In this document: piece after piece, positions 55,736 through 64,000 of the stretch | Layout of the letters: every line of letters begins with the position of its first letter | Numbering within the stretch: position 1 is the stretch's first letter | Assembly (NCBI RefSeq): GCF_056712565.1 | Contig: NZ_CM160072.1 | Length of the DNA: 64,000 nt | Direction: 5' to 3' (one strand) | Position numbers and translations under genes: made by a program | Notes under the pieces: generated by a model | What the model was told of the DNA's origin: nothing | Seen by the model: only the letters and a program-made list of their open reading frames with translations | Database searches by the model: none

Positions 55736-56947
55736 TTATTTTTTCTCCGGCCACGCAACTGAAGGGATACCATTCAATTTAGCTTTGGAAAACAGATCTC
55801 CCTGAAACATCTCAATTCCTGCAGATTCAAGCCACATCCACTCTTCTGGTGTTGCCACGCCCATAGCAGAGACTTGAATTTCAAGTGATGTACAGCATTT
55901 CATGATCGCCTGAATAATTGCCTGCCGTGGTCCGCTTTTATGAACATTGGTAATCAATTCCTGACTGATTTTAATTCTGTCAGGCTGGAAGCGTGACAGG
56001 AGTAACAAACCAGCAAAACCTGCGCCAAAATGATCAATTGCTACACTGATACCGGCCGCCTTTAGCGATTTAACCGCTTCGGCAAACTCATCAAACCGAG
56101 ATATGACTTCACTTTCAGTAAATTCAACGATGATTTGTTCAGGTACCAGAGCATTGGCCTTTATTTCATCAAGTAAAAAAGAGACTGCGTCAGGTTTGTT
56201 AACCAGGGTCATAGGTAATAGATTGATTGAAATCATTTTATCACCGAGCTTAAGTGCGTGTGCCATCGCAAATGCAAGCGCCTTACTTTTGAGATCCGCT
56301 GTGTAGATTTCCTCGTCTTTACGCTGCCCAACCGCTATAGCTGACGGGCTGTCTTCATTTTTTTGCACAATGGCTTCAAAAGCGATTATCCGCCGCGATA
56401 AAGGGTCGACAATAGGATGAAAGGCAAAGTGGTCGTTTATATTTGATGAAAGGGTACAAGAATCAAGTTCTTTATCAGATCCGTCAGCGATAAAAAGCCA
56501 GGAGTCTTCAGCAGGAATCTCGAAATAGGTTGATTGTTCAGTTGCAAGGACAAAAGTACGAAAAAATTGTAGCGCTCTGTCATCATAAGTTAGCTGAAAT
56601 TTTGATGTGCCTTTGTCGAATACGGCCTGTAAAACGTCATCTCGCTCGTGCAGGCGTAAATCAAATAATTCCATTCCTGCTTTGCCAAAACGGCGAGCAG
56701 GCGCGTAATCGCACAACAGTTCAACAATATTATAGTGCCGTGGATCCTGGCATATGGCCCGATATATCATTTGAACCTGTTCTTCCGGACCTTCCAGAAG
56801 CTGGAAAAAATGAGAACCATTAAACAGTAAGATCCCTGTTACGTCAGACCGCATGTTCCTGCGATTTGCTATCGAAACCATTTCTTCAATTTTTTTGACA
56901 GGTTCGTCGCCACGTATATGGCTACGATAAATAAGGGTGGTAAGCAT
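55736..56947 (-). CDS. bluF: Blue-light sensor BluF (BLUF-EAL, YcgF)
   Basis: 403 aa from MLTTLIYRSHIRGDEPVKKIEEMVSIANRRNMRSDVTGILLFNGSHFFQLLEG (BLUF domain) plus degenerate EAL domain. Confidence 0.88.
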   Translation of the reverse strand: MLTTLIYRSHIRGDEPVKKIEEMVSIANRRNMRSDVTGILLFNGSHFFQLLEGPEEQVQMIYRAICQDPRHYNIVELLCDYAPARRFGKAGMELFDLRLHERDDVLQAVFDKGTSKFQLTYDDRALQFFRTFVLATEQSTYFEIPAEDSWLFIADGSDKELDSCTLSSNINDHFAFHPIVDPLSRRIIAFEAIVQKNEDSPSAIAVGQRKDEEIYTADLKSKALAFAMAHALKLGDKMISINLLPMTLVNKPDAVSFLLDEIKANALVPEQIIVEFTESEVISRFDEFAEAVKSLKAAGISVAIDHFGAGFAGLLLLSRFQPDRIKISQELITNVHKSGPRQAIIQAIMKCCTSLEIQVSAMGVATPEEWMWLESAGIEMFQGDLFSKAKLNGIPSVAWPEKK

Positions 56948-57260
56948 TAACAATCCAGGGTAATGGGCGAGGCGAGAGTAAGACGGTAACAGACATATCT
57001 TCTTGTGTCTTTCTTTTAATACCAAAACATAACCGTTTCTTTACATTGATAAAAAGTGGAAAAGGTTGAAGACGGTTTGGCGAAAAAACCTGTATAGGTT
57101 GTCATTTAAATGATGCAATATGTTTTATCGTAATGCATTGTTTTATATGAATTAGCACTAATTGCGAAAAATTAATTTATCATTCTGTACACATATTTCG
57201 TACAAGTTTGCTATTGTTACCTCACTTAACATTGATTAACATTTTTAACAGAGGCGTAGC

Positions 57261-57497
57261 ATGCATCAAAATTCAGTGACTTCAGATTCTGCAGGAGCAA
57301 TCACTCGTTACTTTGCAAAAGCTAACTTGCCTACTCAGCAGGAAACTCTCGGAGAAATTGTGACTGAGATTTTGAAAGATGGACGTAATCTGAGTCGAAA
57401 GTCGCTTTGTGCCAAACTTCTTTGCCGGCTGGAACAAGCGACAGGGGAAGAGGAACAGAAACATTATAATGCACTAATTGGGTTGCTTTTTGAATAA
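57261..57497 (+). CDS. ycgZ: YcgZ connector protein
   Basis: 78 aa MHQNSVTSDSAGAITRYFAKANLPTQQETLGEIVTEILKDGRNLSRKSL... Confidence 0.85.
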   Translation: MHQNSVTSDSAGAITRYFAKANLPTQQETLGEIVTEILKDGRNLSRKSLCAKLLCRLEQATGEEEQKHYNALIGLLFE

Positions 57498-57539
57498 TGC
57501 AACAGCCTGATTATTTAACAGGTTAGCTATGAAGTCGTT

Positions 57540-57812
57540 ATGAAGACATCTGATAATGAAAGTATAAAATATGAAATTACTGGCCAGGCGGTGCTCCAGA
57601 TACTGCGCATGAAGATAAATTTTTCGTTGCAGACTCTTATTAAGCAATTACTCGTAATGAAATCGGCTGAGGAAAATACTTTCCGACGAGATTTAATTGA
57701 CAGCATAATTCGTGATTTTAGCAACAGTGATACAGGAGGGCCAAACCGAAGAACAGCGATAGCTGACAATAAAAGTATGTTCACTGGTAAGAAAATAAAC
57801 AGAATACATTAA
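57540..57812 (+). CDS. ymgA: YmgA connector protein
   Basis: 90 aa MKTSDNESIKYEITGQAVLQILRMKINFSLQTLIKQLLVMKSAEEN... Confidence 0.85.
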   Translation: MKTSDNESIKYEITGQAVLQILRMKINFSLQTLIKQLLVMKSAEENTFRRDLIDSIIRDFSNSDTGGPNRRTAIADNKSMFTGKKINRIH

Positions 57813-57840
57813 AATTTCATAAGTAAGATGAGAGGTTACC

Positions 57841-58107
57841 ATGCTTGAAGATACTACTATTCATAATGCAATATCTGATAAAGCGTTATCAAGTTACTTT
57901 CGTAGTTCAGGTAATTTGTTAGAAGAAGAGTCTGCTGTGTTAGGGCAGGCTGTGACCAATTTAATGCTTTCAGGCGATAATGTTAATAATAAAAATATTA
58001 TCTTAAGTCTGATACACTCCCTGGAAACAACAAGTGATATTCTCAAAGCTGATGTGATTAGAAAAACACTGGAAATCGTGTTGCGATACACAGCTGATGA
58101 TATGTAA
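57841..58107 (+). CDS. ariR: AriR (YmgB) acid-resistance/biofilm regulator
   Basis: 88 aa [49 protein letters not shown]... Confidence 0.85.
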
Positions 58108-58219
58108 CTTTTAATTATAAAGTATAAGTTTATAGAAAACTCATTCATCTTATTTTTGTCTGTCGCTTTAGACTATACACAGCATAATTTTATTGGATCA
58201 CTATTCCTGCGAGGCTGAC

Positions 58220-58468
58220 ATGAATAATTCAATCCCAGAGAGATTTATTTTTCAATGTGCTTTGTTTAAAAATCTCGAGAGGGAGGTGTTCATGACACAT
58301 GGATATGTTGATAGTCATATTATTGCTCAGGCTTTACGCTTGCGTTTAAAAGATGAGACCAGTGTTATTCTTTCTGATCTCTATCTGCAAATCTTGCAGT
58401 ACATTGAAATGCATAAGACTACACTAACGGATATCATTATTAATGACAGGGAATCTGTGCTCTCTTAA
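58220..58468 (+). CDS. ymgC: YmgC
   Basis: 82 aa from MNNSIPERFIFQCALFKNLEREVFMTHGYVDSHIIAQALRLRLKDE... Confidence 0.75.
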   Translation: MNNSIPERFIFQCALFKNLEREVFMTHGYVDSHIIAQALRLRLKDETSVILSDLYLQILQYIEMHKTTLTDIIINDRESVLS

Positions 58469-58807
58469 AACTTGAGTAAGGTTTTTGAATAAACATCAGC
58501 TGTATCACTATGCTGATGCAAAGTGAGCATTTCAGGCGTTATGCTTTCTTAATATATCCGCAATATCAGAGGGCAAACAGGAATGGAGAGCGCTCGTTTT
58601 CCATTCTTGACGCCTGATATCCCGCCTAATTTGTTTAATTCTGCCTACATTGTGCTAAAAAATTAATAGGCTAGATGAAGTTGGAGAAAATTTTATCTTC
58701 GGCGTGGATATTTGTGATGCTCTCTACCATGCTCTCTGTAGACCCCAGCGCGAGCGAATGAACGTCTCTTTAGCTTCTACAGACTTATCGATAAAGGCTT
58801 TGGGATT

Positions 58808-59659
58808 TTGATATTTATTCTGTTAATCGCCTGCGCCGCTGCCTTCCTGCTTGATAGGTATTTCAATAAAAGCGCAACGCCTGAAGAGATCCTGCGACGG
58901 GCTATAAATAATGGGGAGATCGTCCCTTTTTACCAACCTGTGGTAAATGGTCGGGAAGGGACATTGCGGGGAGTTGAGGTGTTAGCCCGCTGGAAACAAC
59001 CTCACGGTGGATATATATCACCCGCGGCATTTATTCCACTTGCTGAAAAATGCGGATTAATCGTTCCGCTTACGCAAAGCCTGATGAATCAGGTTGCCAG
59101 ACAGATGAACGCTATCGCGAGTAAACTGCCGGAAGGTTTTCATATTGGGATTAATTTTAGCGCCTCGCATATTATTTCGCCGACGTTTGTCGACGAGTGC
59201 TTAAATTACCGTGACAGTTTTACCCGCCGCGATTTAAACCTTGTTCTGGAAGTCACCGAGCGTGAGCCATTAAATGTTGATGAAAGTCTGGTTCAGCGGT
59301 TGAACATTCTGCATGAAAATGGTTTTGTCATCGCGCTGGATGATTTCGGTACTGGTTACTCAGGGCTTTCTTATCTGCATGACTTGCATATTGATTATAT
59401 CAAAATTGATCATAGTTTCGTTGGCCGCGTCAACGCAGACCCAGCATCAACCCGAATTCTGGATTGTGTATTGGATCTGGCGCGTAAACTTTCGATCAGT
59501 ATCGTCGCTGAAGATGTCGAAACGAAAGAACAATTTGACTATCTGAACCAAAATAATATCACATTTCAGCAGGGTTATTATTTCTATAAACCTGTTACAT
59601 ACATCGACCTGGTCAAGATTATCCTTTCTAAACCGAAGGTGAAGATTGTGGTTGAGTGA
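58808..59659 (+). CDS. pdeG: EAL-domain c-di-GMP phosphodiesterase (PdeG/YcgG-like), apparently lacking the N-terminal sensor region
   Basis: 283 aa ORF with one N-terminal TM helix and EAL domain (EVLARW...LEVTEREPL...DDFGTGYSGLSYL...KIDHSFV); only ~340 bp of non-coding DNA upstream. Confidence 0.7.
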   Translation: MIFILLIACAAAFLLDRYFNKSATPEEILRRAINNGEIVPFYQPVVNGREGTLRGVEVLARWKQPHGGYISPAAFIPLAEKCGLIVPLTQSLMNQVARQMNAIASKLPEGFHIGINFSASHIISPTFVDECLNYRDSFTRRDLNLVLEVTEREPLNVDESLVQRLNILHENGFVIALDDFGTGYSGLSYLHDLHIDYIKIDHSFVGRVNADPASTRILDCVLDLARKLSISIVAEDVETKEQFDYLNQNNITFQQGYYFYKPVTYIDLVKIILSKPKVKIVVE

Positions 59660-59790
59660 AAATTGATCAGCAAGGCCATGGTGCGGTGTAATTATAGACA
59701 GCTAATTAGCTCGTTGCCTCTTGTTACTATTGTTCATTCTTTTGTTTGCTATAATTGTGTGAAAGTTTTGACTGGATTGCCATTAGTAGC

Positions 59791-60009
59791 ATGAACAATA
59801 GTAATAATCTGGATTATTTCACTCTCTATATCATCTTTTCCATTGCATTTATGCTGATCACTCTCCTGGTCATCCTTATTGCAAAACCCAGCACCGGGCT
59901 GGGAGAAGTGCTTGTGACGATAAATTTGCTTAATGCCCTGGTTTGGCTGGCGATCAATCTGGTTAATCGATTAAGGGAAAGACTCGTCAGCCACAGGGAT
60001 CAGCACTAA
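59791..60009 (+). CDS. ymgF: YmgF inner-membrane protein
   Basis: 72 aa from MNNSNNLDYFTLYIIFSIAFMLITLLVILIAKPSTGLGEVLVTINLLNALVWLAINLVNRL... Confidence 0.8.
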   Translation: MNNSNNLDYFTLYIIFSIAFMLITLLVILIAKPSTGLGEVLVTINLLNALVWLAINLVNRLRERLVSHRDQH

Positions 60010-60406
60010 TCTTTCAGTTTCTCACTGCCAGTATGCGGCTGAATGGGTTGCTGGCAGTGAACCCCTGGATCATTGAAGGAAAGGAATTATTGCACAAATA
60101 GTTGTCAACCCTGGTGTTATCACAGTTGTTTTATATATCAGTGAAATAATTTCCATGGCAACTGTTGATAATTTTGATGTCGAAGAGTTATTTGTTAAAC
60201 AAAATAGTTACCCCAAAGTGATCAATGTCATGAAAATAAGCTAAAAATGATAATGCTGGCTTATTTATCATTTAAATATTGTCGCTGTTTATCTATTTAA
60301 ATTTCTTGTGCTTTTGTTTTTATCTTTGCCTTCCGTTTTGGTAATCTGAACTCATAGGTTATTTGACCAGGAATGTTTGTTAATCCAATGAATGGATGGT
60401 TAATCT

Positions 60407-61926
60407 ATGAAACTGAAAAAACTCCCCGGATTTAGTTTAGGACTTATTGCTCTGGCGGTGGGTAATGCATATGTAACGCAATTGTTGGATATTTATAGTA
60501 TAATTTCCTATATAACCGATGAAGAATCACCGATTGAAATCAAAAATAATACTTCTACAAGTAATGGGGAGTATCTAATCACTTAAGACGAAAGCCATGC
60601 TGTGAAAGTGGATGACGGTGTAACTGGATATATACATAATGCCAGTGTGATGACTAGTGGTGATGGATCTTATGGTATTTCTGTTGATAGCCAAAACAAA
60701 GTATTATATATAAGCGATAGCAATATTAAGACGCTCTGAAAGCGTATCTGACAAAGAAAATGGAGGGATAACAGCCAGCGCAGTAGTCAGTGAATTTGGT
60801 GGCACCATCGTTATGAATGGTGATAATTCAGTCGAGACGAGGGGGCATATTCAGCGGGACTTTTAAGTCAGATTAATGATTCTGGGACTGTGGAAAATAA
60901 CACCCGTCTTGAAACCACAGATAAAACGAACATTGTTACCTATGGGGAAAAATGCAGTAGGAGTTCTTGCATGTTCAAGTCCTGGAGAGTCTCGAACATG
61001 TGTCGATGCTGTAGATGATGAAGTTTGTGATTCTAACAGTTACGAAGTTATTAGCCGTGCTGATTTAAAAATGAATGGTGGTTCCATAACAACTAATGGT
61101 ATTAATAGCTATGGTGCTTATGCTAATGGGAAAAAAGCATATATTAATTTAGATTATGTGGTACTTGAAACTGTGGCTGATGGAAGTTATGCAGTTGCTA
61201 TTCGACAAGGTAACATTGATATAAAAAAGTTCTATTACAACAAATGGCACTAAAGCCCCCATTGCAAAAATATACAATGGTAGAGAGTTATTTTTTTCCA
61301 ATGTCACTTCAGAATCAACAGAAACGCCTACCCCCGTCCTGCGACCCGAAGCTGGCAGTTACGTCGCCAACCTGGCAGCCGCTAACACTCTTTTTGTTAT
61401 GCGTCTGAACGATCGTGCAGATGAAACGCGCTATATCGATCCTGTAACTGAACAGGAGCGTTCAAGCCGATTTTGGCTACGTCAAATTGGCGGGCATAAT
61501 GCCTGGCGTGACAGCAACGGACAGTTGAGAACGACCTCGGCACAGGCCATCTGGATGGGCGTCGATCATAATGTGCACACGGAAGCCAATGGCTCACGTA
61601 TTGAGAATGACGCAAATAACAATATCCAGACCCGACTTGGTTTCCACACCTTTATTCGTACTCAGGAGAAAAACAGCGGTCCGCACGGTGACGACTTTGA
61701 ACCTTTTGTTGAAATGAACGGGATCCATAACAGTAAAGATTTTGCTGTCTCAATAAACGGTGTGAAAGTTGAACAAGCCGGGGCGCGTAATCTGGGGGAA
61801 ATTAAACATGGCGTAAATGGCAATCTGAATCCTGCGGCCAGCGTCTGGGGTAATGTGGGCGTGCAGCTGGGTGATAATGGCTACAATGACAACGCAATGA
61901 TGGTGGGCCTGAAATATAAGTTCTGA
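60407..61926 (+). pseudogene. ycgH: Disrupted autotransporter gene (ycgH-like), multiple frameshifts and stops
   Basis: Signal-peptide-like start MKLKKLPGFSLGLIALAVGNA then several in-frame stops; later fragments 60876..61253 and 61399..61926 end in an autotransporter beta-barrel terminus (...MMVGLKYKF). Confidence 0.65.
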
Positions 61927-61983
61927 TCCCGCCATTAGCTAAAAAACCGCGTCGAATTCATCGACGCGGTAACATATGAAATA

Positions 61984-62310
61984 TTATTTTTTGCCGATAG
62001 CACGCATGGTGTCATCAATTGCCGTGATCAACAGCATTTGCGGATCTTTAGCGCAAACCTGATTCAGTTTTTCTACCACTTTGGCGCTCAGTTCCGGAGA
62101 TTGCTCAATTTTTAAATCACGGCTGGCAACGCTGGCATTACCCATTACCGCAACAATTTCTGCAACCTGTGCGCTGTCAGTTTTTGCCATTTCGTTGGCT
62201 TCTGCGCAAGTAATATAGGTTTCTGATGGCAAACCGTTCTTAATATTGTAGTCCTGCGCCCAGGTCATTGGTGCGAAAACAAACAGACCCGCCAGTAAAG
62301 CAAATTTTTT
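61984..62310 (-). CDS. ymgD: YmgD periplasmic protein
   Basis: Signal peptide MKKFALLAGLFVFAPMTWAQ then conserved YmgD body. Confidence 0.8.
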   Translation of the reverse strand, partial: KKFALLAGLFVFAPMTWAQDYNIKNGLPSETYITCAEANEMAKTDSAQVAEIVAVMGNASVASRDLKIEQSPELSAKVVEKLNQVCAKDPQMLLITAIDDTMRAIGKK

Positions 62311-62322
62311 CATCATCATTCC

Positions 62323-62667
62323 TTATTTCATTTTACCCAGAATTGCACCACCCGTACCGCCAATCACGGCACCTTTAATCGCCCCTTCGAGGCCATTGCC
62401 GGTCAGAACGCCAGTGACAGCACCAACGGCGGCACCCACTTTTGCACCTTTACGCGCATTTTTACCGTCGCGGCCTTTTTCTGTTACTGCACCAACACCA
62501 GCGCCAACAGCTGCACCTTTCAGTACGCCATTAACACCATTGCCAGTAAGTAAACCAACGCCTGCGCCTAGCAATGCACCTTTCGTGGTGCGATTCATAT
62601 CCGCCATCGCTGGCGTGGAGCAGAACAATGCTGAGATAAGCCCGAAGGCAAGTATTTTTTTCTTCAA
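62323..62667 (-). CDS. ymgG: YmgG glycine-rich protein
   Basis: 114 aa; signal peptide plus GxxxG-rich repeats ([32 protein letters not shown]). Confidence 0.8.
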
Positions 62668-63259
62668 CTTAGTTGTCCGGTATTAAGTAAGTTGCACACA
62701 CAATAATTTCGTCTTCAATTAAGATCTGCTTAACTAAAGAACGCTCGCTATTATTCAGATAATTCAAAATGAGCGTGACTGTGATGATAGGAATTATGTT
62801 TTTTACGGGAATGAGAATAATCTCAAATGAGAAATAACTCATTGATTGACAATATTTTTATTCAAGAAGTGTCATTGACTGTTAACGCAATGTTGTAAAG
62901 GTAAGATAATCTGATTTATCAATATTATTGTGTGATTGTTATGTGAGCAGAAGATATTCATTAGCAACGATTACATTAGTCATTTTATTTTGTGGACGGC
63001 CTCATTGTCGAAAAATAAGCGTACGACAGTATTATCAGAAAAGAGTGATTTTTTATCCAACAACACTTCAGCGCACTGCGTTTAAAAAATACCTCTTTCT
63101 TATACGGGATATCATCATTTCATCATGATGTCTTTGATGAGCGGTGAACACAATACATTTGCGCTGTCTCTTCAGGATGAATCCCCTGGTCTGGTTCCTG
63201 CGGGCTGATGTTGCAGCAGAGCTAAGGTCACTTAGACGCTACTATCATTTATCCAATGC

Positions 63260-63586
63260 ATGGAATCGAAATCAGTCGATACCCGCAGTATATATCGTGA
63301 ACTGGGCGCAACGCTGAGTTACAACATGCGTCTGGGGAACGGTATGGAAATTGAACCCTGGCTGAAGGCGGCTGTGCGCAAAGAATTTGTCGATGATAAT
63401 CGAGTGAAAGTGAATAGTGACGGTAATTTTATCAATGATTTGTCGGGTAGACGTGGAATATACCAGGCAGGTATTAAAGCCTCATTCAGCAGTACGTTAA
63501 GCGGGCATCTCGGGGTGGGGTATAGCCGTGGTGCCGGTGTGGAGTCCCCGTGGAATGCGGTGGTCGGTGTGAACTGGTCGTTCTGA
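63260..63586 (+). pseudogene. ycgI: Autotransporter C-terminal fragment (ycgI-like)
   Basis: 108 aa ORF ending ...VGVNWSF, a beta-barrel terminus without passenger domain or signal peptide. Confidence 0.55.
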
Positions 63587-63960
63587 CCATCAACGATTAA
63601 ACTGCGTTTCGGCGCTGTTTTTGTTTACCGGGTGCTAAAAGGGAAAATTCTGGGGCAAAAAAAAGCCCGTCAGTTACGGCGGGAAACCTCATCCTATGGG
63701 AGAACAATGAATAATGAAATTGCGGGGTTATCATCTCCCAGGATATCCACGCTAACAATAAGGTTATTTACTCAACCAGGCGTAAACATTTTGTTCTGTG
63801 CGTGGGAACAGCCTTAAGGTGTAAAGGGGGAGGGGGAAATAGCAATGAATAGTATCAGCAAGAATACTCGCCGCTTTACCACAACGTGGATGAGAGGGAT
63901 GAAAAACTCAAGGCAGAGATGACTCTGCCTTGAAGATAAATGCGCTTTTACAGGGGGCTT

Positions 63961-64000
63961 ATTTCAGCTCTTCTGCTTCCGGTAAGGTCACGTTCAGCTC
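63961..64000 (-). CDS. minE: Cell division topological specificity factor MinE, 3' end only
   Basis: Reverse translation gives ...ELNVTLPEAEELK*; gene continues beyond the right edge. Confidence 0.75.

Overview
E. coli-type chromosomal window (phoP'-purB-hflD-mnmA-nudJ-rluE-icd ... ycgX-bluR-bluF-ycgZ-ymgA-ariR-ymgC-pdeG'-ymgF-ycgH'-ymgD-ymgG-ycgI'-minE') interrupted by a complete ~47.6 kb lambdoid prophage integrated in the 3' end of icd (about 6327..53966). The prophage is bounded by an imperfect ~215 bp direct repeat of the icd 3' end. It is mosaic: int/xis; a left operon with exo-bet-gam-kil-cIII-ea10-ral-sieB-N that I recognise as near-identical to phage lambda; a non-lambda immunity region (LexA-like CI, Cro, CII, nutL/nutR, oop); lambda O/P/ren with ori iterons; a nin region with an orphan N6-adenine methyltransferase and RusA; a DLP12/phage-21-like Q, OmpC-family porin, pinholin, SAR endolysin, Rz/Rz1 and Bor; lambda cos and Nu1-A-W-B-C-D-E-FI-FII-Z-U-V-G/GT-H-M-L-K-I-J; a chimeric side tail fibre; and a cargo region carrying sitABCD (with MntR and Fur boxes), an IS3-family remnant and an AT-rich orphan gene. 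The most interesting locus is an AT-rich, translationally coupled two-gene operon (14073..15379, minus strand) of unrecognisable proteins sitting exactly where lambda carries rexAB (between cI and oL/N), with its own terminator; I propose it as a candidate novel phage-exclusion/defense system. All assignments are from reading the sequence and recalled protein families; no database searches were run.
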